Of a stretch of 64,000 nt of DNA, positions 49,019 through 58,700 are shown in pieces. The notes under the pieces were generated by a model, which saw only the letters and a program-made list of their open reading frames with translations, had not been told where the DNA came from and made no database searches. How positions within the stretch are numbered: the first letter of the stretch is position 1; the number at the start of each line of letters is the position of its first letter. Source of the DNA: Candidatus Omnitrophota bacterium (GTDB lineage: Bacteria > Omnitrophota > Gorgyraeia > JABMSB01); the NCBI GenBank assembly GCA_013202205.1, contig JABMSB010000031.1:310-64309 (forward strand). The letters are read 5' to 3'. Made by a program: the position numbers and the translations under genes.

Positions 49019-50035
49019 ATGGATTGGAAGAGATGTAAGGTTCTTGTAACGGGAGGCCTTTCCTTTATAGGCTCGCATCTGGTTGACGCTCTGGTGAAAC
49101 GAGGCGCAACCGTTCGTGTAGTAGATGATGTAAGCAGTGGCAAGATTGATAACATCCAAGGACACCTCAAAGTGGGACGGGTCGAGTTCATTAAGGGAGA
49201 TCTCAAAGTGCAAGATATAGCACTCAAGGCAGTTGAGGGGATGGATATTGTTTTCCATCTCGCGGCTGACCACGGCGGACGTGGTTACGTCGATCTGCAC
49301 CAGGCGGCATGTTCAACAAACCTTCTTTTAGATGGCCTTCTCTTTCAAGCATGTTATAAGTCGGGGATAAAAAAAGTTATATACGCCTCATCAGGTTGCG
49401 TGTATCCCGACTATCTGCAGAAGGACCCGAAAGAAATATTGTATCTCAAGGAGGAGATGGCTGGACCGCCCTATGAAGCTGATAAGATGTACGGCTGGGC
49501 CAAGCTCATGGGGGAGATGACGCTTAAAGCGTATTATAAAGATTATGGTATGAAATCAGCATCCTGTCGTTATTTTACAGTTTATGGCGAACGAGGTGTA
49601 GAGAATCATGCCGTTATCGCTATGATCGCCCGCGCTTTTATTAAGCAGGATCCTTTCATTGTTTGGGGCAGCGGAGAGCAGATACGCAACTGGACATATA
49701 TTGACGATATCGTATGCGGTACTATCTTAGCAGCTGAGAATATTGACGATGGCACAGCGATTAATTTAGGTACTATGGAAAGAATCCGGGTTATCGATGC
49801 AGTCAATGAGGTATTGCATCGCACCGGACATAAAGCAGAGGTTAAATTGCGCCCGGAGATGCCAACCGGACCATATAATCGGGTGGCCGATAATACTCTG
49901 GCAAAGAAATTACTGAATTGGGAGCCACAGGTCAAATTTATGGATGGCCTATACCGTACCATCGATTGGTATTTCTCAACCAAGGATCGGAAGAAGGTTA
50001 AAAAGATCCTGTCGAAGATGCTTACAGAGCGGTAA
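49019..50035 (+). CDS. NAD-dependent sugar-nucleotide epimerase/dehydratase (extended SDR)
   Basis: VLVTGGLSFIGSHL. YASSGCVY. YxxxK. Confidence 0.75.
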   Translation: MDWKRCKVLVTGGLSFIGSHLVDALVKRGATVRVVDDVSSGKIDNIQGHLKVGRVEFIKGDLKVQDIALKAVEGMDIVFHLAADHGGRGYVDLHQAACSTNLLLDGLLFQACYKSGIKKVIYASSGCVYPDYLQKDPKEILYLKEEMAGPPYEADKMYGWAKLMGEMTLKAYYKDYGMKSASCRYFTVYGERGVENHAVIAMIARAFIKQDPFIVWGSGEQIRNWTYIDDIVCGTILAAENIDDGTAINLGTMERIRVIDAVNEVLHRTGHKAEVKLRPEMPTGPYNRVADNTLAKKLLNWEPQVKFMDGLYRTIDWYFSTKDRKKVKKILSKMLTER

Positions 50036-50226
50036 TGAACAGAGGAGATAACAAGCCGTTGCTGAAAGTATCTGTACTGTTTTTAAAAAAGGAAATGACC
50101 TATTCGTCAATAGGGTCCAGTATATAATATAACATAGCACTATTTATCTTTGTTTCCAGCCAGCAAAGCAAAATTAGCTATGTTGATCTCAAGAATCAGG
50201 CAAAAACCATAAAAAAGGAGTTAAGG

Positions 50227-51354
50227 ATGGGGTTTATAAAAGACGCCTACACCATTTTTAGAATAGGCGCGCGCACCGTGTCGAATACCTATCTTAAATC
50301 TAGCAGGCCAAGCCATGTCTCTATAGCTGTAACCAACCGATGCAACTCGCGATGTATTTACTGCGAGACATATCTGTGTGATTTTTCGAAGGAGCTCACC
50401 ACCCAACAGATGATCTCTATTATTGACGAGATCAGTAGGGACGGAAGTTGTTATATAACGCTTACCGGCGGTGAGCCGTTTATGCGGCAGGATATTTTCG
50501 ACATCATAAAACACTGCTATAAGCGCAACCTCATTGTTAATATACCGACAAATGGCCTTAAAATACATAATTTTAACGCAGGCCAAATAAACACAATCGT
50601 AAAATGCGTAAGAAATATTCAACTTTCCATCGATTCGGCCGATACAAAGGAGAACGACTTTATACGAGGCGTAGATGGATCGTTGGATTTGGCAATCCAG
50701 GGGGTCAAGAGACTCAAAGATGGGGGGTTCGATAAAATCGGAATATTAACTGTTATAAGCAGATATAATTATAAAAAGCTAAAGGGCCTTTTGTATCTTA
50801 CAAGAGACCTTGGCCTTAAAAGGATACGATTTCAACCTGTGGGTATCAATTCTAACTATCCCAGCATAGCACCGCTCAAGGACAAAAGGGAAGTTTTAAT
50901 AAGAGGGAAGCAGATAGACGAGCTCAGGGACACCCTATCAGAGTATATAAGGCTAGAAAATAGATTAGGTTTAACTACTAACTTAAAATTTTTAAAGACA
51001 TGGATCGGTCCGTACTTCAAGTTTATCGAAAGCGAAAAGTTTTTTATGAAAGAGGTTAACAGATGCTTCAGATGCATTTATCCAGCTACGGCATTATTCA
51101 TAGACAGCAATGGGAGGCTGCAACCGTGCCAATTCTTGAACAACGTTGGAAGCGGTCTCAAAGAAGTTGTTTATAATTGGCGACATAATAAAAAATTAAA
51201 TGAGATAAGAAAGAGTCTAAAGAAGGGCAATTTTTTTCAGGAATGTCGAAGGTGCATGTGTACGTTTGAGTTCAGCTCTACCTATCAGCCATTTAGTAAA
51301 TCACAGCCGCCTTTGTTAATCTCAAAGGTCAGGCAAAAGATCAAGGATTCTTAA
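50227..51354 (+). CDS. Radical SAM protein with C-terminal SPASM-type Cys cluster
   Basis: CNSRCIYCE (CxxxCxxC). C-terminal CFRC...C...C...CRRCMC. Confidence 0.7.
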   Translation: MGFIKDAYTIFRIGARTVSNTYLKSSRPSHVSIAVTNRCNSRCIYCETYLCDFSKELTTQQMISIIDEISRDGSCYITLTGGEPFMRQDIFDIIKHCYKRNLIVNIPTNGLKIHNFNAGQINTIVKCVRNIQLSIDSADTKENDFIRGVDGSLDLAIQGVKRLKDGGFDKIGILTVISRYNYKKLKGLLYLTRDLGLKRIRFQPVGINSNYPSIAPLKDKREVLIRGKQIDELRDTLSEYIRLENRLGLTTNLKFLKTWIGPYFKFIESEKFFMKEVNRCFRCIYPATALFIDSNGRLQPCQFLNNVGSGLKEVVYNWRHNKKLNEIRKSLKKGNFFQECRRCMCTFEFSSTYQPFSKSQPPLLISKVRQKIKDS

Positions 51355-52259
51355 TGTCCCGAAGACAAAAACCATACATTATTACTAAATATAACAGGAT
51401 TGTTCCGGCGCCACCTCCCACATTGCAAGAACAGATTATCCTCAGAAGAAAGCTATTCCAGACAGAGAGACATGTTTCTATTCGGAAGATGGCAGAGGGA
51501 ACTTGTGAGCATCTCTCTCGGTATAAGTTTGCTCTTCAATACGCTAAAGGCAGATCTGTATTAGATGCCGGCTGTGGTTCTGGATATGGTGCACATTTTC
51601 TGAAGTTGGAAGGTGCCTCGATGGTGTATGGTATCGACATATCTGCTAGGGCTATAGGTTACGCAAGACAGAATTTTTTGGCCGAGGGCTTAGATTTTGA
51701 ATGTACCGACCTAACCAAGACGCTAAATCTGAAAGATAGATATTTTGATGTGATTATTTCTTTCGAGATCATAGAACACATAAAAGATACAGCTGCTTAC
51801 TTGTCAAATTTAGCGAGATTGCTGAAAGGGGATGGATATTGCATATTTTCAACCCCAAACCGGGATATTAACTCTCCCGGATGGTCTATTCCACACAACT
51901 CCTATCATGTGAAAGAATATAATGCCAGTGAGTTTCAAGATCTTCTAAATGGATATTTTTCAACGTCGGTTTTATTTGGCCAGTACCCCTCGAGGCGAAT
52001 AATAGATTTACGGAAGAGAAAACTCGGATTGCGCAAGATGGCATATGACGGTAAATTGGCTCATATTTATCAATCCATAGCACCTATTTTGCCTAACAGG
52101 TTGAGAAGAAACTTGGTTGATGTGGCAGGGGCTATATATTTGATGTTCAAGAAACCATCAAGTGCAGGACTTGGAGAGAAGCTTGATTTTTCCGATTTTC
52201 TTTTTATTGAGGACGATTTTAAAGATGCCGAACATCTGTTAGCCATTTGTAGAATATAA
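51354..52259 (+). CDS. Class I SAM-dependent methyltransferase
   Basis: LDAGCGSGYGA. ISFEIIEH. Confidence 0.75.
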   Translation: MSRRQKPYIITKYNRIVPAPPPTLQEQIILRRKLFQTERHVSIRKMAEGTCEHLSRYKFALQYAKGRSVLDAGCGSGYGAHFLKLEGASMVYGIDISARAIGYARQNFLAEGLDFECTDLTKTLNLKDRYFDVIISFEIIEHIKDTAAYLSNLARLLKGDGYCIFSTPNRDINSPGWSIPHNSYHVKEYNASEFQDLLNGYFSTSVLFGQYPSRRIIDLRKRKLGLRKMAYDGKLAHIYQSIAPILPNRLRRNLVDVAGAIYLMFKKPSSAGLGEKLDFSDFLFIEDDFKDAEHLLAICRI

Positions 52260-52408
52260 AACAGTAAGAATAAAGCTCGATGTATAAAAAATGAAACGAT
52301 ATTTGTCGGAAGGGATACAAAAGCTTACGTCGGACCCATCATTTGCAAGGAAGATAGAAGTTTAAAAAGGTTGGTGGAATAAGCGGAGCAGTTTATAGAG
52401 GATATTGC

Positions 52409-53455
52409 ATGAGCAGGATTGCCCTTGCCTTATGGATGCAAAAAATTTCTGAACATTTTTTGGGGAAATCGTACGCCATATGCGCTCGATTGCTTCCCCT
52501 CTCGAAAACTATCCACCGTTTCAATTCAAAGCCGACTGAGCTGCATCTGGAATTTACAAATACCTGTAATTGCAGTTGTATTTTTTGTGGCTATCAATAT
52601 CAGAAGCGCAAAAAAATAATTATGTCCGAAGAAATATTAATAAAAGCAATCTCTGATTTTAGTAATATAGGTGGTGGAGATGTTATAGTTACCCCTATAG
52701 TAGGAGAAGCGTTGGTTGATCCTGATTTTATTAAAAAGATCAAGATGATTAGGGCTTATGCGAGTATCAAGAAGATTTTACTTACCACAAACGCTACGCT
52801 TATTCACCACTATGGCATAGATGACATATTAACAACAGGTTTGACAGATATTTACATAAGTACGGCGGGGTTTGATAAAGAAACATACACGAAACTTTAT
52901 CGCGCGCCCTACTATGACTTAATGCGGGACAATACTATTGCCCTTCTTTCCCGAAACGAAGAACTTGGAAAGCCAGTAAATATAACTATACTTATCCGAG
53001 CAGGCAGGTCTCTTTCCGAGGTTTTAGGCACCGTAGACGCACAGCGCGTTCTGAGATTTAAGCCAAAGATAGATTTTGCGTATTATTTTCACGATTTCGG
53101 AGGTAGGATAAAAAAGGAGGATCTCTGGCCAGGGGCAAAGATAAGAGATCCGGGCAAAAAGAAAGAACCTTGTTTTAGCTTGTACAATGGCCCAGTTGTT
53201 CTGCCGGATGGCGAGGTTTGGATGTGTGACTGCGCCGCCGCTATGGATTCTGGTACCAATCTTTTTATAGGCGATATTAAAAAAGAGACCCTTATGAACA
53301 TATGGCAAGGCAAGCTACGCAGAAACCTTATCGCACAATTCTATAAGCAAGGAAAGCTAAATCCAACTTGTTTTAAGTGTACTGCATACCAAAATCTTGA
53401 TCGCTATCGCCATTTTAATCCGTATTTAAAATCTGGCTGGAACTTTTTTAAATGA
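52409..53455 (+). CDS. Second radical SAM/SPASM-type protein
   Basis: TNTCNCSCIFCGY. C-terminal C..C...C cluster (CFSL...CDCAA...CFKC). Confidence 0.65.
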   Translation: MSRIALALWMQKISEHFLGKSYAICARLLPLSKTIHRFNSKPTELHLEFTNTCNCSCIFCGYQYQKRKKIIMSEEILIKAISDFSNIGGGDVIVTPIVGEALVDPDFIKKIKMIRAYASIKKILLTTNATLIHHYGIDDILTTGLTDIYISTAGFDKETYTKLYRAPYYDLMRDNTIALLSRNEELGKPVNITILIRAGRSLSEVLGTVDAQRVLRFKPKIDFAYYFHDFGGRIKKEDLWPGAKIRDPGKKKEPCFSLYNGPVVLPDGEVWMCDCAAAMDSGTNLFIGDIKKETLMNIWQGKLRRNLIAQFYKQGKLNPTCFKCTAYQNLDRYRHFNPYLKSGWNFFK

Positions 53456-55128
53456 AAATTTTATTATTAGGCAACACAACAGGCTATCTCGATGAAGGGA
53501 TGAAAAACATCACCCACAATCTCAGAAGGGTGTTGGCAAAATTTCATGAAGTTAAGGTTATCCATCCTAGGCAAGCCATCAACCTGGAGACGTTAAGAAG
53601 CATACATCTGTTTAATCCCGATATAATCCATTATATGCAAGGCCCGACCATAAGAAGCTTTCTTTTAGTTAAATTGCTTTCCGTGCTTAATCCTGATGCT
53701 GCGACGGTAATCTCTGCTCCTCGTCCTAGCATTTCAAAAATCCATCACTGGTTTTTGTCCGCACTTAAAGTCGACCTGATTCTATTGCAATCTAAAAGAT
53801 ATAAAGATGTCTTTAAAAAATTAGCACTATATGTCGAATTTTTTTATCCAGGGATAGATGCAGAGAAGTTCAGGCCCGTGCCCTCTTCAACAAAAAACTC
53901 TTTACGTCTAAAATATAACTTACCAAAAGATAAATACATCGTCTTACATGTTGGCCAAGTCACATCTGTCAGAAATGTTAATACCCTTGGACAGATCCAG
54001 AAAAAACGACATAAAGATGTGCAGGTACTTATTGTGGCAGCATCAACCATCAAGCCGGATCAGCGTATTGTAAGGCGGCTTAAGAATTGTGGCTGCATTA
54101 TACGGGAAGGATATCACGAGGAACTTCAGGAGATATTCCAACTTGCCGATTGTTATATATTTCCAGGGATTAAAAGAACCCCTGCCATAGAAGTTCCTTT
54201 GACTATTCTGGAGGCCGCAGCATGTAATCTGCCAATCATATGCGGTTATTTCGGTGGCCTCCCAGACATATTCAAAGAGGAAGATGGATTTTTCTTTGTC
54301 AAAAGCGAGGTTGAAATCAGACAAAAGCTGGATCTCCTGATGGAAAATGGAAGTATTGATATAAAGAACAGAGAAAAGATAAACAAGTTTACGTGGTTCA
54401 AGGTATCCGCGCGACTTATGAAGTTATATGAGGAGTGTTTGAAAATACATCGGCTACGCAGACAGAAGAGATTGCCCAGGTTGATATGTTTTATAGGGGT
54501 AGACGGTTCGGGCAAGACGGCCATAGCAAAACAATTAACACATTCTCCTATAGCAGGTGTAAGATATAATTATGTGTGGGGTAGCGCACAACCGATTTTT
54601 ATGAGGCCATTGAGAAAATTAGTGCATACAATTATACTAAACAAAGTAGATATGTTTAAGGATTATCAGGAATATGATAAGACTAAGAAAAGGGTCGCTA
54701 AGAGATTTTTGATATTTTCCAAATTTTACAGTTTCATCTTCGTGATAGATTATTTTTTATGGATGCTATTTTGCGTGAGGATTCCGCTTGCGTTAGGTAA
54801 AAACATAATTTGCGATAGATACATCTTCGATATGGCCATTAATATCCATTTTTTATATGCGAACTTATTTTATAATGTTGACGATGCGATAAAGTTCTTT
54901 CTAAAGATATTTCCCACTCCTGAGATGGTTTATCTAATAGACCTTCCTGAAGAAATAGCATTTTCACGCAAAGATGATATACCTTCTATCGAATATTTAA
55001 GGCAACGCAGGATAGTATACAGGGAGGTCGCAAAAAGGTATGGGGCGAAGATTATCGAAGGGACAAAACCATTACGCGTTCTTGCGGATATCGTACGTAA
55101 CGATATCATAAAAACATATATGCGGTGA
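53452..55128 (+). CDS. GT4 glycosyltransferase fused to a C-terminal P-loop dTMP-kinase-like domain with intervening hydrophobic segment
   Basis: GT4 motif LTILEAAACNLPIICGYFGGLPDIF. P-loop ICFIGVDGSGKT. Tmk-like ICDRYIFD and the lid region. Confidence 0.6.
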   Translation: MKILLLGNTTGYLDEGMKNITHNLRRVLAKFHEVKVIHPRQAINLETLRSIHLFNPDIIHYMQGPTIRSFLLVKLLSVLNPDAATVISAPRPSISKIHHWFLSALKVDLILLQSKRYKDVFKKLALYVEFFYPGIDAEKFRPVPSSTKNSLRLKYNLPKDKYIVLHVGQVTSVRNVNTLGQIQKKRHKDVQVLIVAASTIKPDQRIVRRLKNCGCIIREGYHEELQEIFQLADCYIFPGIKRTPAIEVPLTILEAAACNLPIICGYFGGLPDIFKEEDGFFFVKSEVEIRQKLDLLMENGSIDIKNREKINKFTWFKVSARLMKLYEECLKIHRLRRQKRLPRLICFIGVDGSGKTAIAKQLTHSPIAGVRYNYVWGSAQPIFMRPLRKLVHTIILNKVDMFKDYQEYDKTKKRVAKRFLIFSKFYSFIFVIDYFLWMLFCVRIPLALGKNIICDRYIFDMAINIHFLYANLFYNVDDAIKFFLKIFPTPEMVYLIDLPEEIAFSRKDDIPSIEYLRQRRIVYREVAKRYGAKIIEGTKPLRVLADIVRNDIIKTYMR

Positions 55129-55132
55129 TTTA

Positions 55133-56287
55133 ATGGAAAACCATTCGGCCAAAAGAACCTTTCTTAATAGCTACAACCAGCGCAGGCTGAAGATAGGTCT
55201 TTTGTGCGATAAAATAGTGAGATTCTTTTTTCACCCTCCGACGCCAAAGAAACCTCCCAAAGTTTTCTCTAAGATATTAGTTATTCAATCTCACCTTATC
55301 GGCGATCTTGTTATGACCACGCCCATACTGCAGACCCTTAGAAAAGCTTATCCCGACGCACGCATATATCTTTTGGCAAACAAATTCGCTTCAGATTTAT
55401 TAAAAGGAGCCTATTTTGTCGATAAGATCTATACCATTAGATTTCCCTGGTCCACTTATGATTATAGCTGGGGAAACCTGAGAAGCATTTACTCAGTCGT
55501 CAGGTCTTTGCGGAAAGAAAATATAGATCTTGCGATAGACGCCAAAATAGATGCGAGAAATGCATTTTTGATGTTTCTGATTGGTGCAAAAAGGCGTCTC
55601 GGCTACGATATAACAGGTGGAGGATCTTTTTTGACCGACACGCCTGATTTCCCCGCAAATTCGGAAAATATGACCGAAATTAGACTGTCTCTACTAAAAC
55701 ATCTAGGCATAGAGATTAGCGACAAGGCACCAGTTATACCCCTAAGCAAAGAAGATATGACTGTTGCAGAGAACTTTTTGGAAAGTAGACATTTGAATCG
55801 TAATAACCTTGTGGGGATTCATCCTGGAGCAAGCTATAAGGCAAGGATATGGCTTCCTGAAAATTTGGCTGTTGTTATAAGAGGGCTTAAAAAAGAGGGA
55901 GTAGACGTCATTTTGATAAAAGGCCCCAAAGACGAGAGAATAGTCACACAGATACAGGGGATGCTGAAGGAGCCCATAGAGATTTTTGAGGGCACACTTA
56001 AAGGTGTTACCGCCTTACTTTGTTACTGTCGGTTGCTCATATGTATGGATAGCGCGATTCTGCAATTGTCCGCCGCCACAAAAACGCCGACACTGGCAAT
56101 ATATGGATCCACATCACCGCTGAGGACTAAACCACTTACTTCAAACATAGTGATTAGCTATCATAAAGAGTTTGACTGTCAGCCATGCGACTATAACAAA
56201 CCTTTTTGTACAGATAAAAAATGTATGTCAGCAATAACGCCAGAGGAAGTGCTGCGAAAAGCACGGCAAATGCTTAGAAGCAACTAG
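55133..56287 (+). CDS. Family 9 glycosyltransferase (heptosyltransferase-like)
   Basis: ILVIQSHLIGDLVMTTPILQTLRKAYPDARIYLLA. Confidence 0.75.
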   Translation: MENHSAKRTFLNSYNQRRLKIGLLCDKIVRFFFHPPTPKKPPKVFSKILVIQSHLIGDLVMTTPILQTLRKAYPDARIYLLANKFASDLLKGAYFVDKIYTIRFPWSTYDYSWGNLRSIYSVVRSLRKENIDLAIDAKIDARNAFLMFLIGAKRRLGYDITGGGSFLTDTPDFPANSENMTEIRLSLLKHLGIEISDKAPVIPLSKEDMTVAENFLESRHLNRNNLVGIHPGASYKARIWLPENLAVVIRGLKKEGVDVILIKGPKDERIVTQIQGMLKEPIEIFEGTLKGVTALLCYCRLLICMDSAILQLSAATKTPTLAIYGSTSPLRTKPLTSNIVISYHKEFDCQPCDYNKPFCTDKKCMSAITPEEVLRKARQMLRSN

Positions 56288-56323
56288 GTAAGAATTATTA
56301 ATACAAACTCAGCTTGAGGGAAG

Positions 56324-57832
56324 ATGACAAAAAATAGAAAGAGACTTATCGTCCTCGGAATAGATAGTTTAGATTCAGTTTTGCTGAATAGATTCGAACC
56401 CTTCTTACCTAATTTTAAGAGACTAAAAGAACAAATGCCGACTCTAAAATATTCCTCTGTTTTACCTCCTGATTCTATAACTGCATGGGCCAGTATATAT
56501 ACGGGTTGCGATCCCGCAAAACACGGGAGAGTTTATTTTATTGCCGTAGATAAGGTCAATGAGGCCATATATAACGAAATAGATAATAATGACTTTCATG
56601 GAAAGACGTTTTGGGATATAGCAAGCGATGCCAAAAAGAAAGTGTGTGTCCTTTTTCCCCATATAGGGTATCCACCGTGGAAGGTCAATGGTCTAATGGT
56701 GTCGAAAGCCATAACCAAAGAAGAAATAAGAAGTTACCCTGAATCAGCAATCAGGGGTTACGATCTATCAGATGTTAAAAGGTTAAGAGGCGTTCCGACA
56801 GTTTTTCAACGTAAACGTTATATAAAAGATGCACAGCGCCTACTTTTAAATGAAGAGAGTTTTGGATTGCGTATATATGAAGATTATAAGCCAGATCTAT
56901 TTTTCCTTTATTCCAGCGTCTTAGATTTTATAGAACATAACTTTTGGAGTCTTTGCGACAAAGATGACCCTGCTTACCCAGGATCAAATTCATATGAGGA
57001 AGTGATTAAAAAGTTCTACAAGCTCTATGATAATATGCTGGGCAAGTTTTTAAAGTTGCTTGACTCCGAGACAACACTTATGGTATTAAGTGACCATGGC
57101 CACGGTATGAGGCCGGTTAAGTTATTCAATATAAACGAATTCTTAAGACGTGAGGGGGCCTTAGCATCAAAGATAAAAAGCACCCACTTCTACGACCCAT
57201 ATTTCGCAATAGAGCAGCTAAAACACTGCCTTACATTTTTAATAGACAAATTTAGTAAATACGGACTGGGTAATTTGGCAATTTCTGTACTCCACTATTT
57301 TACGGCCGGCAGGAAGCTTTACAAGGCACCATCATATATAGATTGGGATAAGACATTAGCGCATCTGGCAGACCTATCAGGAGTAAAGGCATATTCTTAT
57401 GGAGGGATCGTTATCCGGATGGATAACCTGAAGCAGCAAAACTACGAACAGATACGAACTGAGATAATAGAGAAACTACGAAACATAAAAATTCCTTCCT
57501 CGGGGAAGGCATTATTTAAACTGGTTTGCAGAAGAGAGGATCTTTACAAAGGCAAACACATTTCTAAGTTTCCCGATATACTTTTTGAGCTCTCAGATGA
57601 GTATGGGGCGGGGTGGAGTGTCAATTCCTCGTTATTTGGCAGGACCTATTCACATAAGCTGCATGCCGGAACTCACAAAAGAGATACAGGGGTATTTTTG
57701 ATATCCAACCCTGATAAAATAAGCAAAGATCTTAATGAAATAAGCTGTATGGATATAGCACCTACCGTGTTAGGTTTGCTAGATGTAAAAGGTGATTATT
57801 CTTTTGATGGAAGATGTATAGTGGAGGATTGA
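56324..57832 (+). CDS. Alkaline-phosphatase-superfamily protein of the type I phosphodiesterase / nucleotide pyrophosphatase (NPP) type
   Basis: LIVLGIDSLD. S..P..S..AWASIYTG..P..HG. VLSDHGHG. Confidence 0.65.
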   Translation: MTKNRKRLIVLGIDSLDSVLLNRFEPFLPNFKRLKEQMPTLKYSSVLPPDSITAWASIYTGCDPAKHGRVYFIAVDKVNEAIYNEIDNNDFHGKTFWDIASDAKKKVCVLFPHIGYPPWKVNGLMVSKAITKEEIRSYPESAIRGYDLSDVKRLRGVPTVFQRKRYIKDAQRLLLNEESFGLRIYEDYKPDLFFLYSSVLDFIEHNFWSLCDKDDPAYPGSNSYEEVIKKFYKLYDNMLGKFLKLLDSETTLMVLSDHGHGMRPVKLFNINEFLRREGALASKIKSTHFYDPYFAIEQLKHCLTFLIDKFSKYGLGNLAISVLHYFTAGRKLYKAPSYIDWDKTLAHLADLSGVKAYSYGGIVIRMDNLKQQNYEQIRTEIIEKLRNIKIPSSGKALFKLVCRREDLYKGKHISKFPDILFELSDEYGAGWSVNSSLFGRTYSHKLHAGTHKRDTGVFLISNPDKISKDLNEISCMDIAPTVLGLLDVKGDYSFDGRCIVED

Positions 57833-57866
57833 GCGCGCAGGCAGGAAGGATAAGGTTTATTTAAGT

Positions 57867-58700
57867 ATGATAAACGTTCTAACTTTTGATACAGAAGAGT
57901 GGTTTCAATCGCATGAGCTGGGGATAGAACCACGCAATTGGCAGCATTTGGAATGCAGGGTTTGCGAGAGCGTGAAGAGGATCCTCGCTATCTTAAACGA
58001 GCGCGGTATCAAAGCGACATTTTTTGTTGTTGGATGGATTGCGCAGCGGTATCCAGAATTGGTGAGGGAGATAGTTAATGCGGGTCACGAGGTAGGCAGC
58101 CATGGCTATGCTCATGAGATAGTATATGAACAGACGCCTGAGGATTTTGAAGAAGATCTTAAAAAATCGCTGAATATATTAAAAGACATAACAGGCAAAG
58201 ATGTAATAGGCTATCGAGCGCCATATTATTCTATCACAAAAGATTCTTTGTGGGCCTTGGATATACTACAGAGGTATGGCCTGAAATACGATTCGAGTAT
58301 CTATCCTATTAGCTTAAGGATGTTTACCAAAGGAGGTATTAAGGGATATATATCGAAGCCATGTATAATAAAAGAAGGTTTATTCGAATTTCCTATGCCA
58401 GTTACAGAATTATGCAATTTCAAATTACCGGTGGCCACAGGCATCTATTTTCGTCTATTTCCTTATCGATTTACCAGGTGGGCAATAGAAAAGGCTAATA
58501 AAAGAGGCCTATTCGTAACCGTTAATCTTCACCCCTGGGAATTTGATCCTCTTCAGCCCAGGGTTAAGATGTCATTACCCTATAGCATAAAGCGTTATAC
58601 CAACTTGCATAAGACGGAACAAAGATTTCGCAGGTTGCTTGACGATTTCGACTTTACCAGTTGTAAACACAAGCTCAAGGAGATTTTTGAAGAAAGATGA
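57867..58700 (+). CDS. Polysaccharide deacetylase family protein (EPS-locus subtype)
   Basis: LTFDTEEWF. GHEVGSHGYAHE. 277 aa. Confidence 0.7.
   Translation: MINVLTFDTEEWFQSHELGIEPRNWQHLECRVCESVKRILAILNERGIKATFFVVGWIAQRYPELVREIVNAGHEVGSHGYAHEIVYEQTPEDFEEDLKKSLNILKDITGKDVIGYRAPYYSITKDSLWALDILQRYGLKYDSSIYPISLRMFTKGGIKGYISKPCIIKEGLFEFPMPVTELCNFKLPVATGIYFRLFPYRFTRWAIEKANKRGLFVTVNLHPWEFDPLQPRVKMSLPYSIKRYTNLHKTEQRFRRLLDDFDFTSCKHKLKEIFEER

Noticed and set aside
50227-57832. SPASM radical SAMs acting as anaerobic sulfatase-maturating enzymes for the alkaline-phosphatase-family protein at 56324
   Set aside because: The 56324 protein has NPP-type motifs (S..P..S..AWASIYTG..P..HG). It has no C/S-x-P/A-x-R formylglycine motif.
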